Positions 51,172-60,687 of a stretch of 64,000 nt of DNA are shown one piece after another. Location of the stretch: assembly GCA_963809895.1 (NCBI GenBank), contig CAWELD010000010.1, positions 640,001-704,000 on the forward strand. Direction: 5' to 3'. The translations under genes and the position numbers were made by a program. The notes beneath the pieces are model-generated. The model did no database searches, was not told the DNA's origin, and saw only the letters and a list, made by a program, of their open reading frames with translations. The stretch is from an uncultured Gemmatimonadales bacterium (GTDB lineage: Bacteria; Gemmatimonadota; Gemmatimonadetes; Longimicrobiales; Gaopeijiaceae). Numbering within the stretch: position 1 is the stretch's first letter; each line of letters opens with the position of its first letter.

Positions 51172-51858
51172 ATGTCGGATCCTGATCTTTGGAATGCCGT
51201 CGACGAGTACGTCGTCGACGTCCTGGGGCTCGAAGACTCGGTGCTCCGAAACACCCTGGATCGCAGCCGGGAGGCTGGCCTCCCTGACATCCAGGTTTCC
51301 GCTGCGCAAGGGGCGCTGTTGGGGATTCTGGCGCGGGCCGTCGGTGCGCGCCTGGTGCTCGAGATCGGGACGCTCGGGGGCTACAGCACGATCTGTCTGG
51401 CCCGGGGCCTCATGCCGGGCGGCCGAGTGCTGACGCTGGAGGTGGATCCCACCCATGCCGAGGTGGCGCGGACCAATCTGGCCGCGGCGGGCCTCGAGGA
51501 TCGCGCCCAGGTTCTGGAGGGCCCGGCGCTCGAGACCCTGGCTCGATTGCGCACGGAGCTGCAGGAGCCCGTGGATCTGGTCTTCATCGATGCCGACAAG
51601 CTCGCGTACGCAGACTACCTGGCCGCCGTGCGGCCCATGTGTCGGCCCGGGAGCCTGATTCTGGCGGACAATCTCGTGCGAAAAGGCGCGGTCGTGGACG
51701 CGTCGAGTGAGGATCCGAGCGTGTTGGGCGCACGCCGCTACAACGAGGCCGTAGCCAGAGATCCCGGGCTTCGCGCCACCGTGATCCAGACCGTCGGGAG
51801 CAAGGGGCACGACGGCCTGGGCATCGCCGTGGTGACGGAGTCGACGTCAGACCGTTGA
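51172..51858 (+). CDS. O-methyltransferase (Methyltransf_3 family)
   Basis: LEIGTLGGYST, FIDADK, ADN, QTVGSKGHDG. Confidence 0.92.
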   Translation: MSDPDLWNAVDEYVVDVLGLEDSVLRNTLDRSREAGLPDIQVSAAQGALLGILARAVGARLVLEIGTLGGYSTICLARGLMPGGRVLTLEVDPTHAEVARTNLAAAGLEDRAQVLEGPALETLARLRTELQEPVDLVFIDADKLAYADYLAAVRPMCRPGSLILADNLVRKGAVVDASSEDPSVLGARRYNEAVARDPGLRATVIQTVGSKGHDGLGIAVVTESTSDR

Positions 51859-51897
51859 CCTCCACGAGCGGCGTCCCGGACGACGGACCCCGTTTCT

Positions 51898-52215
51898 GTG
51901 GAGTGGATCTTGGCTGCGGCCGCGGCACAGCGCCGTGCGGCCGTCGCCGGATCCATTGATGCCCAGAGTGCCCACCTGACGACCGTGGCCGCACTGGGAA
52001 TCCTGCTGGTGCTGCTCGGGTTGTTGGGGGGATCCAAGATGCCCGGGTGGAGACCCGTCTCGTGGATCGCAGCCGGCCTCGCATCCGTCTTCGCCCTGCA
52101 ATCCTTGCTGTTTCCAGCCACGCTGTCGTCGCTGGGCGCGGGGTGGGCCGTCGCGACGTTGGCCTGGGCTGCCGCCTTCGTGGTGGTGGCGGAGTGGAGA
52201 GCGCGAGGCCGGTAG
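51898..52215 (+). CDS. Small membrane protein (possibly a remnant)
   Basis: Three hydrophobic helices; start uncertain. Confidence 0.4.
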   Translation: MEWILAAAAAQRRAAVAGSIDAQSAHLTTVAALGILLVLLGLLGGSKMPGWRPVSWIAAGLASVFALQSLLFPATLSSLGAGWAVATLAWAAAFVVVAEWRARGR

Positions 52216-52339
52216 CCGCGCTGGCCCGGGGCGCGACCGCGCCGGCTGTGGCTGGACAGGAGCATGGCGGTGCAGGCATCCCCCTGGGCATGTTGGGGCG
52301 ACAGGAAAAGCGCCTGGGGCGCCCAACGCGGAGTGATCC

Positions 52340-52933
52340 ATGGGTCATCGCCAGACGGTTGCAGCGGCGTTTCTCGCACTCGGCTTCGCGACAGTCTCGG
52401 CCATCTTCATCCTCGTCGAGCCGGGGATGGGGTTCGCGGGCTTCGCGGACTATTTCGACCCCGCGAAGGTCATCGACGCCGCACCTTCCGTGGCGTGGAT
52501 GCTCGGGGACCTGATCTACCTCGGCTTCGGGGTCGCTCTGTTCGTGCTCGCCATCTCGGCGGCCGAGCCGGCGCGGCGGTCCAGCGCTCTGATCGCAGCG
52601 GCCCTCTTCTTCTTCATCGGCTGCCTGGGGCGGATCCTGGCGGTGCTCCCTTCGATGATCGCGGACAAGGCGGATCTCGAAGCCGCGGTTCTGGGCCTTC
52701 TGCCAGTGAGATTCGCTGCGCTCAGGGTGACGGTCTTCGCCCTCGGCGTGTACGCATGGAGAACCACTGTGGAGCCCGGCGCTGGTCTGCTCTGGCGGGG
52801 CCTGGGCCTGCTGGTGCTCGTGGCCGCGGTGGTCTTCCTCTTCCGTTTCATCCCGGTTCCTCTCCTCTTCATGGTGTGGGCGCTGGTGTTCGCCGTTCGC
52901 CGCGGCGGTGCGACGGCGGCATCGGCGTCCTAG
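52340..52933 (+). CDS. Multi-TM hypothetical protein
   Basis: RBS GGAG; about six TM helices. Confidence 0.7.
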   Translation: MGHRQTVAAAFLALGFATVSAIFILVEPGMGFAGFADYFDPAKVIDAAPSVAWMLGDLIYLGFGVALFVLAISAAEPARRSSALIAAALFFFIGCLGRILAVLPSMIADKADLEAAVLGLLPVRFAALRVTVFALGVYAWRTTVEPGAGLLWRGLGLLVLVAAVVFLFRFIPVPLLFMVWALVFAVRRGGATAASAS

Positions 52934-52984
52934 CGTCGCGCGGGCTGGCGCAGCGAGAGAACGCATCTCAACAGAGGAGGGCGG

Positions 52985-53437
52985 GTGGAGATTCGAAGGG
53001 CGGGAGAGGGAGATGCCGCGGAGCTCACGCAGTTGGCACGCACTGCCAAGGCTTCGTGGGGCTATCCCGAGGCGTGGCTGCGCGAGTGGGAGCCCGAGCT
53101 GACGATCTCGGCGGAATACATCGCCGCGAACGCCGTCTTCATGGTCGATGATGGGGATGGCCCCGTCGGCGTCGTCGCCGTGGGTGAAGGGCCGGACGGC
53201 CCCGAGATCGCCCACCTCTGGATTGCGCCGGACTGCCAGGGCCAGGGATTGGGCCGTCGACTCGTGAACCACGCCCGCCAGGTCGCGAAGGAGCACGGCT
53301 GGAGCTCGCTCCGGATCCTCTCCGATCCCTACGCACAGCCCTTCTACGAGCGCCTCGGCGCGGTCCACACGGGCGACGAGCCGGCCCCGGTCGCAGGCAC
53401 GCCGCGGACGCTGCCGGTCATGAGGTTGCGCGTGTAG
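52985..53437 (+). CDS. GNAT N-acetyltransferase
   Basis: LWIAPDCQGQGLGRRL and AQPFYERLG. Confidence 0.9.
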   Translation: MEIRRAGEGDAAELTQLARTAKASWGYPEAWLREWEPELTISAEYIAANAVFMVDDGDGPVGVVAVGEGPDGPEIAHLWIAPDCQGQGLGRRLVNHARQVAKEHGWSSLRILSDPYAQPFYERLGAVHTGDEPAPVAGTPRTLPVMRLRV

Positions 53438-53542
53438 TGGGGCCGTCGGATGGCGCGGGGCAGTCCCGTGGGCCGGTGCCCGCAACCCTCTCTCGACCGA
53501 GCCGTATCACAGGATAGAAGTGGGCCCATTCGAGGAGGACAC

Positions 53543-53797
53543 ATGATCCGGCATGATGACCTGGTGGCCATGGCATCGATCGGACTGGGCGCAATCGGTG
53601 GCTCGGTCCTGACGCTGGCCGCCGTCACGTCCTTCAGCGTCGGCGATGCACCGCCCGAACGTGTCGCCCCGCGCCCTCGAGCCGTGATCGTGGAGGCGCC
53701 CGCCGTCTTCGACTTCGCGATCATCCGGGATCACCGGAGAGACGTCGTCGTGCCGCCTCGACCGGCCTCGAGGCGGGGCAGCCGGCCTGCCGGCTGA
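53543..53797 (+). CDS. Small single-TM hypothetical protein
   Basis: RBS GAGGAGG; N-terminal TM helix. Confidence 0.5.
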   Translation: MIRHDDLVAMASIGLGAIGGSVLTLAAVTSFSVGDAPPERVAPRPRAVIVEAPAVFDFAIIRDHRRDVVVPPRPASRRGSRPAG

Positions 53798-53875
53798 CGA
53801 GAAGCTTGCGGTGCTACGGAGTCGGGTCCAATCCTGCATGTCCTGCTGTACCAGACCCCCCACCGGAGGCTTCTC

Positions 53876-54169
53876 ATGGCCATCTACGTCACCCTGTACA
53901 ATCTCACCGACCAGGGCATCAGGGCGGTGAAGGACTCCCCAGACCGTCTCGATGCGGGCATCGCCCAGGCCGAGGCCGCGGGCATGAAGGTTCTCGGCGC
54001 CTACTACACCCAGGGTCCCTACGACCTGGTCATCATCTCCGAGGGTGACGACGAGGACCGCGCGGCGGCGTTCAACCTGGGCACAGCAGCCCTGGGGAAC
54101 GTGCGCACGCTGACCATGCGCGCCTGGGACCGCGACGGATTCGCGAAGATCGTGTCGATGATGCCGTGA
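53876..54169 (+). CDS. GYD domain protein
   Basis: TDQGIRAVKDSPDR, YYTQGPYDLV, GNVRTLTMRA. Confidence 0.9.
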   Translation: MAIYVTLYNLTDQGIRAVKDSPDRLDAGIAQAEAAGMKVLGAYYTQGPYDLVIISEGDDEDRAAAFNLGTAALGNVRTLTMRAWDRDGFAKIVSMMP

Positions 54170-55335
54170 GTTGTGCTGGCGTCGGCCGGGCCACCGTTCT
54201 GGCGACGGTCCTGGTGGTCTGGGCCGGCGCCTGCAGGCCATCCCCCGAGAATCGACCGACCGAGCCCGGGCTCCTCTCCTTCGACCGGACACTTCTCCTG
54301 GAGGACAGCGGGGCGACGTCGGCCAACGTGAGCCTCGGCGACCTGAACGGCGACGGCCATCTGGATATCGTGCTCGTGAAGGGCCGCCACTGGCCGTTGC
54401 TGGACCTGATCCTCATCGGCGACGGCACGGGCTCGTTCGAGCCGGCCCGCGCGCTGGGCGACGTTCCGGATCGCTCGTACTCCGGTCTCCTGGTGGACAT
54501 GGACCTGGATGGCGACCTGGACGTGGTCATCAGCAACGACGACCCCGATCCCAAGCTCGTCTATCTGAACGACGGGACCGGCCATTTCACGGTCGGCTCC
54601 ACGTTCGGGGAGCCGGAGTGGCCGACACGGTACGTGAGCGTCGGCGACCTCAACGGTGATTCGCTTCCCGATGTGGTACTGGCCAACCGCACGGGTGACG
54701 ACAGTGGCTTCGACTACGTCTGCTTCGGGGCCGGCGCGGGGCGCTTCGCATCGGAGTGCACGGGCTTCGCGCGAGAGTCGGCGACCACGATCACGCTGGC
54801 CGACTTCAACGGCGATGGATGGACGGACCTGGCGGTGCCGCACCGGGAAGGGGGCCAGAGCCACATCTACCTGAACGATGGCGCGGGCGGGTTCGAGGAG
54901 AGCCTTCCGTTCGGTCCGCCCGACGCCGCGATCCGCACGGCCGCCGCTTCGGACCTGAACGGCGACGGCGTACTCGATTTCGCCGTGATCGACGAGCGAA
55001 AGGGCCCCGCCATATACGCCGGAACAGCCGACGGCAGCTACGAGGTCGCGGCCTCGCTCGGAGATCCCGAATCCACGCCGTACGCCATCAAGGTCGCGGA
55101 CATGGACGGCGATGGACGCGACGACCTGATCGTCGGATACATCGAGGACCAGCCGGTGGTCTACTTCAATCAGGGCGCCTTCACGTTCACCGCCGTGCCC
55201 TTCGGTGATTCCCAGGGCAATGCCTACGGCTTCTCGGTGGGCGACGTGGACGAGGATGGGGTCCAGGACATCGCCATGGCGCGGAGCGGTGCGCCCAACG
55301 TCCTGTACTTCGGCGCGCGGCCCGGACCGCGGTGA
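54166..55335 (+). CDS. FG-GAP/VCBS repeat lipoprotein
   Basis: Seven (G/A)DxxGDGxxD repeats; AGAC lipobox. Confidence 0.88.
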   Translation: MSCAGVGRATVLATVLVVWAGACRPSPENRPTEPGLLSFDRTLLLEDSGATSANVSLGDLNGDGHLDIVLVKGRHWPLLDLILIGDGTGSFEPARALGDVPDRSYSGLLVDMDLDGDLDVVISNDDPDPKLVYLNDGTGHFTVGSTFGEPEWPTRYVSVGDLNGDSLPDVVLANRTGDDSGFDYVCFGAGAGRFASECTGFARESATTITLADFNGDGWTDLAVPHREGGQSHIYLNDGAGGFEESLPFGPPDAAIRTAAASDLNGDGVLDFAVIDERKGPAIYAGTADGSYEVAASLGDPESTPYAIKVADMDGDGRDDLIVGYIEDQPVVYFNQGAFTFTAVPFGDSQGNAYGFSVGDVDEDGVQDIAMARSGAPNVLYFGARPGPR

Positions 55336-55883
55336 GTGAGCGGGCCGCGGTGCTCCTGGTTCCCGGCTTCACCGGGTCCGGACCCCGGCACTGGCAGTCA
55401 TTGTGGGCGGCGGATGATCCCCACATCCACCTTCTCCAGCAGACCGACTGGGACCGCCCCGATCGCGTCGAATGGAACCGGACCTTGGTCGACGCGGCCG
55501 GAGCCCTCCACGGACCGTTGGTTCTCGTGGGCCACAGTCTGGGCTGTGTGACCATCGTGGATTGCGCGGAGCCGCTCGCCGACCAGGTGGTGGGCGCCAT
55601 GCTGGTGGCGCCGAGCGACACCGAGAGCCCGGACGCGCCGAGCGAGTTGCGGGTGTACGCACCGTTGCCCGGCGACCCGCTGCCCTTTCCGTCGCTGCTC
55701 GTGTCGAGCGACGATGATCCCTATCTGAGCCCGGCACGGGCGCGGGAGCTGGCGCAGCGTTGGCGCGCCCGTATCATTTCGGTCGGGCGCTGCGGGCATC
55801 TGAATTCCGCGTCGGGACACGGGCCCTGGCCGGCGGGCCGCACCATTCTGGAGGACTTCCTGACCGAACTGTCGGTGGAGTGA
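55332..55883 (+). CDS. RBBP9/YdeN alpha/beta hydrolase
   Basis: VPG..GSGP.HWQ, GHSLG, S.DDPY, GHLN..SG.G.W. Confidence 0.9.
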   Translation: MSERAAVLLVPGFTGSGPRHWQSLWAADDPHIHLLQQTDWDRPDRVEWNRTLVDAAGALHGPLVLVGHSLGCVTIVDCAEPLADQVVGAMLVAPSDTESPDAPSELRVYAPLPGDPLPFPSLLVSSDDDPYLSPARARELAQRWRARIISVGRCGHLNSASGHGPWPAGRTILEDFLTELSVE

Positions 55884-55892
55884 GGCAGGACC

Positions 55893-56765
55893 ATGGCAGA
55901 CGACATCATCATACGCCACATGACCCGTTCCGAGGCGGCTGAGCTCGTCACTTGGGCCGCACGGGAGGGGTGGAATCCCGGCCTCCACGATGCCGACGTC
56001 TTCTGGGCGACCGACCCGGGGGCGTTCATCGGCGCCGACCTCGACGGCGAACTCATCGGCGGTGGCGCCATCACATCGTACGGCGGCGAGTTCGGGTTCA
56101 TGGGACTCTTCATCGTGCGCCCGGAGTTCCGGGGGCGCGGGTTCGGCAACGAGCTCTGGCACAGGCGCCTGAAGAGACTCCGCGCGCGCCTTCGGCCCGG
56201 CGCGACCATCGGCATGGACGGCGTCTTCGAGATGCAGAGCTACTACGCCAAGGGTGGCTTCGTCTTCTCGCATCGCACTCTGCGATTCCGGGCCGAGATT
56301 CCGGACGCTGCCGCGGATGCGCTCGAATCCCGCGAAGTGGTCGTACCTCTCGCCACGGTCCCGCTCCAGCGCGTTCTCGACTACGACCGGCGCTGCTTTC
56401 CCGCCGCCCGCGAGGCTTTCCTGGAGGCCTGGGTCGGCCAACCCGACGCCGAGGCGTTGGCCTGCCTGCGCGACGGGGCGCTGGCGGGCTACGGTGTGGT
56501 GCGGCGCTGCGGCGAGGGGTGCAAGGTCGGGCCCTTGTTCGCCGATGACGCGAGCGTGGCCGAGGCGCTCTACACCGAGCTCGCCCGCTTCGCCGCCGCC
56601 GGTCCGCTCTTTCTCGATGCGCCCGAGAACAACTCCGCCGCCATGGAGCTCGTGCGCCGGCACGAGATGACCGAGGTCTTCGGGTGCGCTCGCATGTATC
56701 TGGGTCACGCACCGGAGCTCGATCACGAGCGCGTCTTCGGCATCACGACCTTCGAACTGGGATGA
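55893..56765 (+). CDS. GNAT acetyltransferase (two-domain, YitH-like)
   Basis: WAAREGWNPG, FIVRPEFRGRGFG, GPLFAD, FGCARMY, TFELG. Confidence 0.9.
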   Translation: MADDIIIRHMTRSEAAELVTWAAREGWNPGLHDADVFWATDPGAFIGADLDGELIGGGAITSYGGEFGFMGLFIVRPEFRGRGFGNELWHRRLKRLRARLRPGATIGMDGVFEMQSYYAKGGFVFSHRTLRFRAEIPDAAADALESREVVVPLATVPLQRVLDYDRRCFPAAREAFLEAWVGQPDAEALACLRDGALAGYGVVRRCGEGCKVGPLFADDASVAEALYTELARFAAAGPLFLDAPENNSAAMELVRRHEMTEVFGCARMYLGHAPELDHERVFGITTFELG

Positions 56766-57670
56766 GCTCCGAGCGCGATCTGGTCGGGTACGCGGGACGT
56801 CCGCCCCATGCCGATTGGCCCGGCGACGCCCGTGTGGCGGTGCAGTTCGTGCTCAACGTGGAGGAAGGCGCGGAACGCACCATCCTCAACGGCGATGAGA
56901 CTTCGGAGGAGTATCTGCACGAGCTCTCCGGTCGCCCGGCGCGGGTGGGCGAGCGGGACCTGAGCGTCGAGGGGATGTACGAGTACGGATCTCGCGCCGG
57001 TGCGTGGCGGGTGCTCGAGCTGTTCGAGGAGCGGGGGCTATCGCTGACCGCCTTCGCTGTCGGGCGTGCGCTGGAACTCAACCCGGACCTCGGACGCGCG
57101 CTCCGCGCTGCCGGACACGAGGTGGCCGGACATGGCTACCGCTGGATCGACTACCGACAGGTCCCGGAAGCCGAAGAGCGCCGGCACCTGCGGCGCACGA
57201 TCGAGATCATCGAGGCGACGTGCGGCCGGCGCCCGGTGGGCTGGTACACGGGGCGGGTGAGCGCCAACACGCGGCGCCTGCTCCGCGAGGAGGGGGGATT
57301 CCTCTACACCTCCGATGCCTACAATGACGACCTGCCCTACTGGCTGCCGGGCGGGCCTCGGCTGCTGGTGATCCCCTATACCCTGGTCAACAACGACGCT
57401 CGCTACCTGCTGTCCGACGGCTTCGCGAATGGCGATGACTTTCTGCGACTCCTGAGAGACGCGTTGGACCTGCTGTGGCAAGAGGGCGCGACGTCGCCCA
57501 AGATGATGAGCGTGGGACTCCACGGTCGCATCAGCGGGCACCCCGCCCGCGCCATGGCACTGGCGCGCTTCCTGGACTATGTGCAGGCGCATGAGCGCGT
57601 CTGGGTGTGTCGGCGCGAGGAGATCGCGCGGCACTGGATGGAACGACACCCCCCCGGCGATCGGGCGTAG
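56762..57670 (+). CDS. puuE: Allantoinase PuuE / polysaccharide deacetylase family
   Basis: RDLVGY, WPGDARVAVQFVLN.EEG, YEYGSRAG, GWYTGR, PKMMSVGLH. Confidence 0.85.
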   Translation: MSSERDLVGYAGRPPHADWPGDARVAVQFVLNVEEGAERTILNGDETSEEYLHELSGRPARVGERDLSVEGMYEYGSRAGAWRVLELFEERGLSLTAFAVGRALELNPDLGRALRAAGHEVAGHGYRWIDYRQVPEAEERRHLRRTIEIIEATCGRRPVGWYTGRVSANTRRLLREEGGFLYTSDAYNDDLPYWLPGGPRLLVIPYTLVNNDARYLLSDGFANGDDFLRLLRDALDLLWQEGATSPKMMSVGLHGRISGHPARAMALARFLDYVQAHERVWVCRREEIARHWMERHPPGDRA

Positions 57671-57718
57671 GAAGAGGGCGAGGGCGTGGACTGAGCGACT
57701 CCGACCTGGAGAGATGAG

Positions 57719-58240
57719 ATGGGACTACCTCGCGACCGCGTGTATTTTCACTACAGCCACTTCCACAATGCCGCGACGACGGATCGAATCGAACAGGCGT
57801 TCGGTCGCGTATCGGCCGCCACACCTCGTCGTGTGCCCCTCGCCCGGTCATCGTTCACGAGTCGGACGGATCCCAACCTCCACGATCCCGCGTCCCGGCA
57901 GGTGATCAGGGTCGTCCTGAGCGCTTCATCCGCCTCTCGCGATCCCGGGGTCCGCGTCGCCACGTCGATCCAGCAGATGGCGAATGCCCTTCTGCAGGAC
58001 GGACTCGGCGTAGGGTTCGATGGCGTATTCATGATCGAGGACGGGCGGCACCGAGCCGGTGCGTCCGTCCCGGGGGGCCGGGCCGTGCCGAGCCAGATGC
58101 GTGTCATCTTGCTCGCCCCTGCGGTGGCGACTCGTCTGACCGCGACGGCATCACCGGACGCCCGGTCGATCCAAACCGGACTTCTCGCCGCGGGCTTCAC
58201 CCGGGCGACCTTCGTCGAAGTAGGCAAGACGGCCCGCTGA
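57719..58240 (+). CDS. Hypothetical protein
   Basis: Co-oriented ORF filling the gap; 5' end uncertain. Confidence 0.5.
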   Translation: MGLPRDRVYFHYSHFHNAATTDRIEQAFGRVSAATPRRVPLARSSFTSRTDPNLHDPASRQVIRVVLSASSASRDPGVRVATSIQQMANALLQDGLGVGFDGVFMIEDGRHRAGASVPGGRAVPSQMRVILLAPAVATRLTATASPDARSIQTGLLAAGFTRATFVEVGKTAR

Positions 58241-58246
58241 GCGATC

Positions 58247-58864
58247 ATGAGCGGCCGTAGTCGATCCGAGCCATTCTGGGAGCGGACGTACGGCGAGACC
58301 GGTGCCGATACCTTCGGGCCACCCGCCGAAGAGGTTCTTGCGCTGATCCCCCGCCTTCCTGCGGGGGCGTCGGTCCTCGATCTGGGGTGTGGGGATGGCC
58401 GTAACGCGCTCCCGCTGGCCGCGGCGGGATTCCGCGTGACGGCGGTCGATAAGTCGGTGACGGGCATCGAGCAGCTTGAGCGGGCAGCCGCGGAGCGAGG
58501 CCTCGATCTCGACGCCGTCATCCAGGATCTCCGGGACTACCGCCCGACGGGCGACTTCGACCTCGTCATCACCCACGGCGTGCTGCATCTACTGACGCCG
58601 GAGGTCGGCAAGCGCCTTCTCGCCGACGTGAAAGAGGTGACGCGGAAGGGGGGCTGGAACGTGCACGCCGTGTTTACCGATCGTCTGCCGCAGCCGGCCG
58701 ATCTCGCGCCGTTCGTGCTGTGTCCCTTTGCCCAGGGTGCCCTCGCGAGGGCGTACGAGGACTGGGCGATCGAGCTGGCCGAGTCCTACATTCTGGAAGA
58801 CGAGCACCCGGGTGGAATCCGGCATCGTCACGCCATCGACAAGATCGTGGCCAGGCGGCCGTGA
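58247..58864 (+). CDS. TehB-like SAM methyltransferase
   Basis: VLDLGCGDGRNALPLA..GF.VTAVD, T..GG.N. Confidence 0.85.
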   Translation: MSGRSRSEPFWERTYGETGADTFGPPAEEVLALIPRLPAGASVLDLGCGDGRNALPLAAAGFRVTAVDKSVTGIEQLERAAAERGLDLDAVIQDLRDYRPTGDFDLVITHGVLHLLTPEVGKRLLADVKEVTRKGGWNVHAVFTDRLPQPADLAPFVLCPFAQGALARAYEDWAIELAESYILEDEHPGGIRHRHAIDKIVARRP

Positions 58865-58874
58865 AGGAGGTGCC

Positions 58875-59303
58875 ATGCGTCACCTGATCCCTCTGATGAT
58901 CCTGCTGGCCCTGGCCGTGCCAAGTCGGGTGTCGGCGCAGGAGCATCGTCCGCGTCCGAATCTCGGCTCCGCATGCTTCGATCTTGCACTGAGCGCGGAG
59001 GGCGGCGACGCGATGCACGAGGCCGTCGAATTCATCTTCGCCCCGTCGGTGTCGCCGACCCAGGCCGAGAACCAGGTTTGGAAGCTGCACGGGCCGATCC
59101 GTGCGGACCGGGCGGTGCTCTGGTGGCCGCTCCCCCTGGATTCGGTCGGCGCCCTTCTCCTCCGGGACGGGGGTGTGCTGTGGGAGCTGAGGCTCGATGC
59201 ACGCCCGGCCGTCATGAGGGGACAAGCGCGACAGGTCTTCCCAGAGGCCAGGGAGTCGGCCCCGCTGCGGGCCGACGCGACACCGATCTCCTGTCCTCGG
59301 TGA
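58875..59303 (+). CDS. Exported hypothetical protein
   Basis: RBS AAGGAGG; signal peptide ending VSAQ. Confidence 0.65.
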   Translation: MRHLIPLMILLALAVPSRVSAQEHRPRPNLGSACFDLALSAEGGDAMHEAVEFIFAPSVSPTQAENQVWKLHGPIRADRAVLWWPLPLDSVGALLLRDGGVLWELRLDARPAVMRGQARQVFPEARESAPLRADATPISCPR

Positions 59304-59322
59304 CGATTCGCGGAGGGTCGAC

Positions 59323-59989
59323 GTGATCGCCGACATCGTCGCTGCCGTGCATGCGGCGCCGGATCAGCGCGTCCCGACGTTGCGAGCTATCCGGCGTCGC
59401 GTGTCGCGCGACATCGAGAGCGAGCCGGCGGCCGAGGTCCTGGCGTTGGCCGACGGGCTCCTCCAGGACGGGCGCGTGTCCCGGTGGATGATCTACGAGC
59501 TGGTGCACTTCCATGAACCCGCCATGGCAGCGCTCGATCGACGCTGGCTCGAACGGTTGGGCGAGGGAATGGCCTCCTGGGGCGAGGTCGATCCGTTCGC
59601 CACGTATCTCTCCGGGGTCGTCTGGCGAGAGGGAAGGATCGAGGACGCAGACGTGCATGCATGGGCCCGATCAGCGAACCGTTGGTGGCGCCGCGCGGCC
59701 CTCGTGAGTACCGTGCCCCTCAACGTTCGGGCCCGCGGTGGTTCGGGGGATCCCAACCTCACGTTGGCCGTCTGCGAGCTGCTGCGCTCCGACCGGGACG
59801 ACATGGTGGTGAAGGCCCTCTCGTGGGCGCTGCGAGCGCTCGCGCCCCAGTGGCCCGATGCGGTGAGCCGGTATCTGGATCGCCGGCGTCGGCGAATTGG
59901 CACCGAGGGTCGTGCGCGAGGTGACCAACAAGCTCGAGACCGGCCGGAAGACGCCCCCAGTGCAGCCTCGTCAGGGAGGGCCTTCGTGA
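59323..59989 (+). pseudogene. DNA alkylation repair (AlkD-like HEAT) protein, frameshift near 59890
   Basis: SWGEVD, RWWRRAALVSTV, DDMVVKALSWALR; ELAPRVVREVTNKLETG in the next frame. Confidence 0.8.
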
Positions 59990-60679
59990 AGGTGTGCGTC
60001 GTCGGTGCATTCGGGAAAGCTGGGTCGCTACATGGTGCAGCACGCCCTCGATCGGGGATACGAGGTCGTGGGCGTGTGCCGTGAGCAGAGCTTGGAGAAG
60101 CTCGCCGACTTCGGCGACCGCATCACGATCGTTCCGGGCCGGACGAACGATTCGTCGGTCATCGCGCGCGCCGTGAAGGGATGCGACGGCGTGCTGACGG
60201 TCCTGGTTCCGTGGGGCGTCCACGGGTACTCCTCGGGTACCGCACAAGCCGTGCTCGACCATGCCGAGCCGGGCGCTCGCCTGATCTTCTCGTGCGGGTG
60301 GCACATCACCCGCGACGGCAAGGACCGCTACTCCTGGAAGCTGAAGTGGCTGGTCCCGGTCGTGGGATGGGTCGCTCGCATGCTCCGCCTCGTGGACATC
60401 GATGATCAGGTCGAGGCCACCCGGCGCGTCTTCGCCAGCGATACGCGCTGGACGGTGGTGCGGGCGAGCGATCTCGAGGAGGGTGAGAGCCAGGGACTGC
60501 CCGTGTGGAGCCGACACGTGGGGGACCCGATCCTGGAGAGCAACCTGACCCGCCGCATCGATTTCGCGCTCTTCATGGTGGACGCGCTCACGAACGACGA
60601 CCTGATTCAGGAAGCACCGGCCATCGTCGGCCGCCTGAGCCCGTCGGCCCTCGCCCACGCGGAAAAGGCCGGCGCTTGA
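59986..60679 (+). pseudogene. NAD(P)-dependent oxidoreductase (NAD_binding_10), frameshift near 60010
   Basis: MKVCVVGA then SGKLG.YMV..AL.RG (split Rossmann motif); WTVVR. Confidence 0.8.
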
Positions 60680-60687
60680 AGGGAGCG

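Noticed and set aside
51584..53485. Long minus-strand ORF (633 aa) and similar shadow ORFs such as 55398-56726, 61655-63082 and the extension of 43153 to 44646
   Set aside because: Arg/Pro-rich, motif-free frames overlapping well-supported genes, as expected at high GC.
54330..55270. Repeated GACCTGAACGGCGACGGC-like DNA motifs
   Set aside because: Explained by FG-GAP protein repeats.
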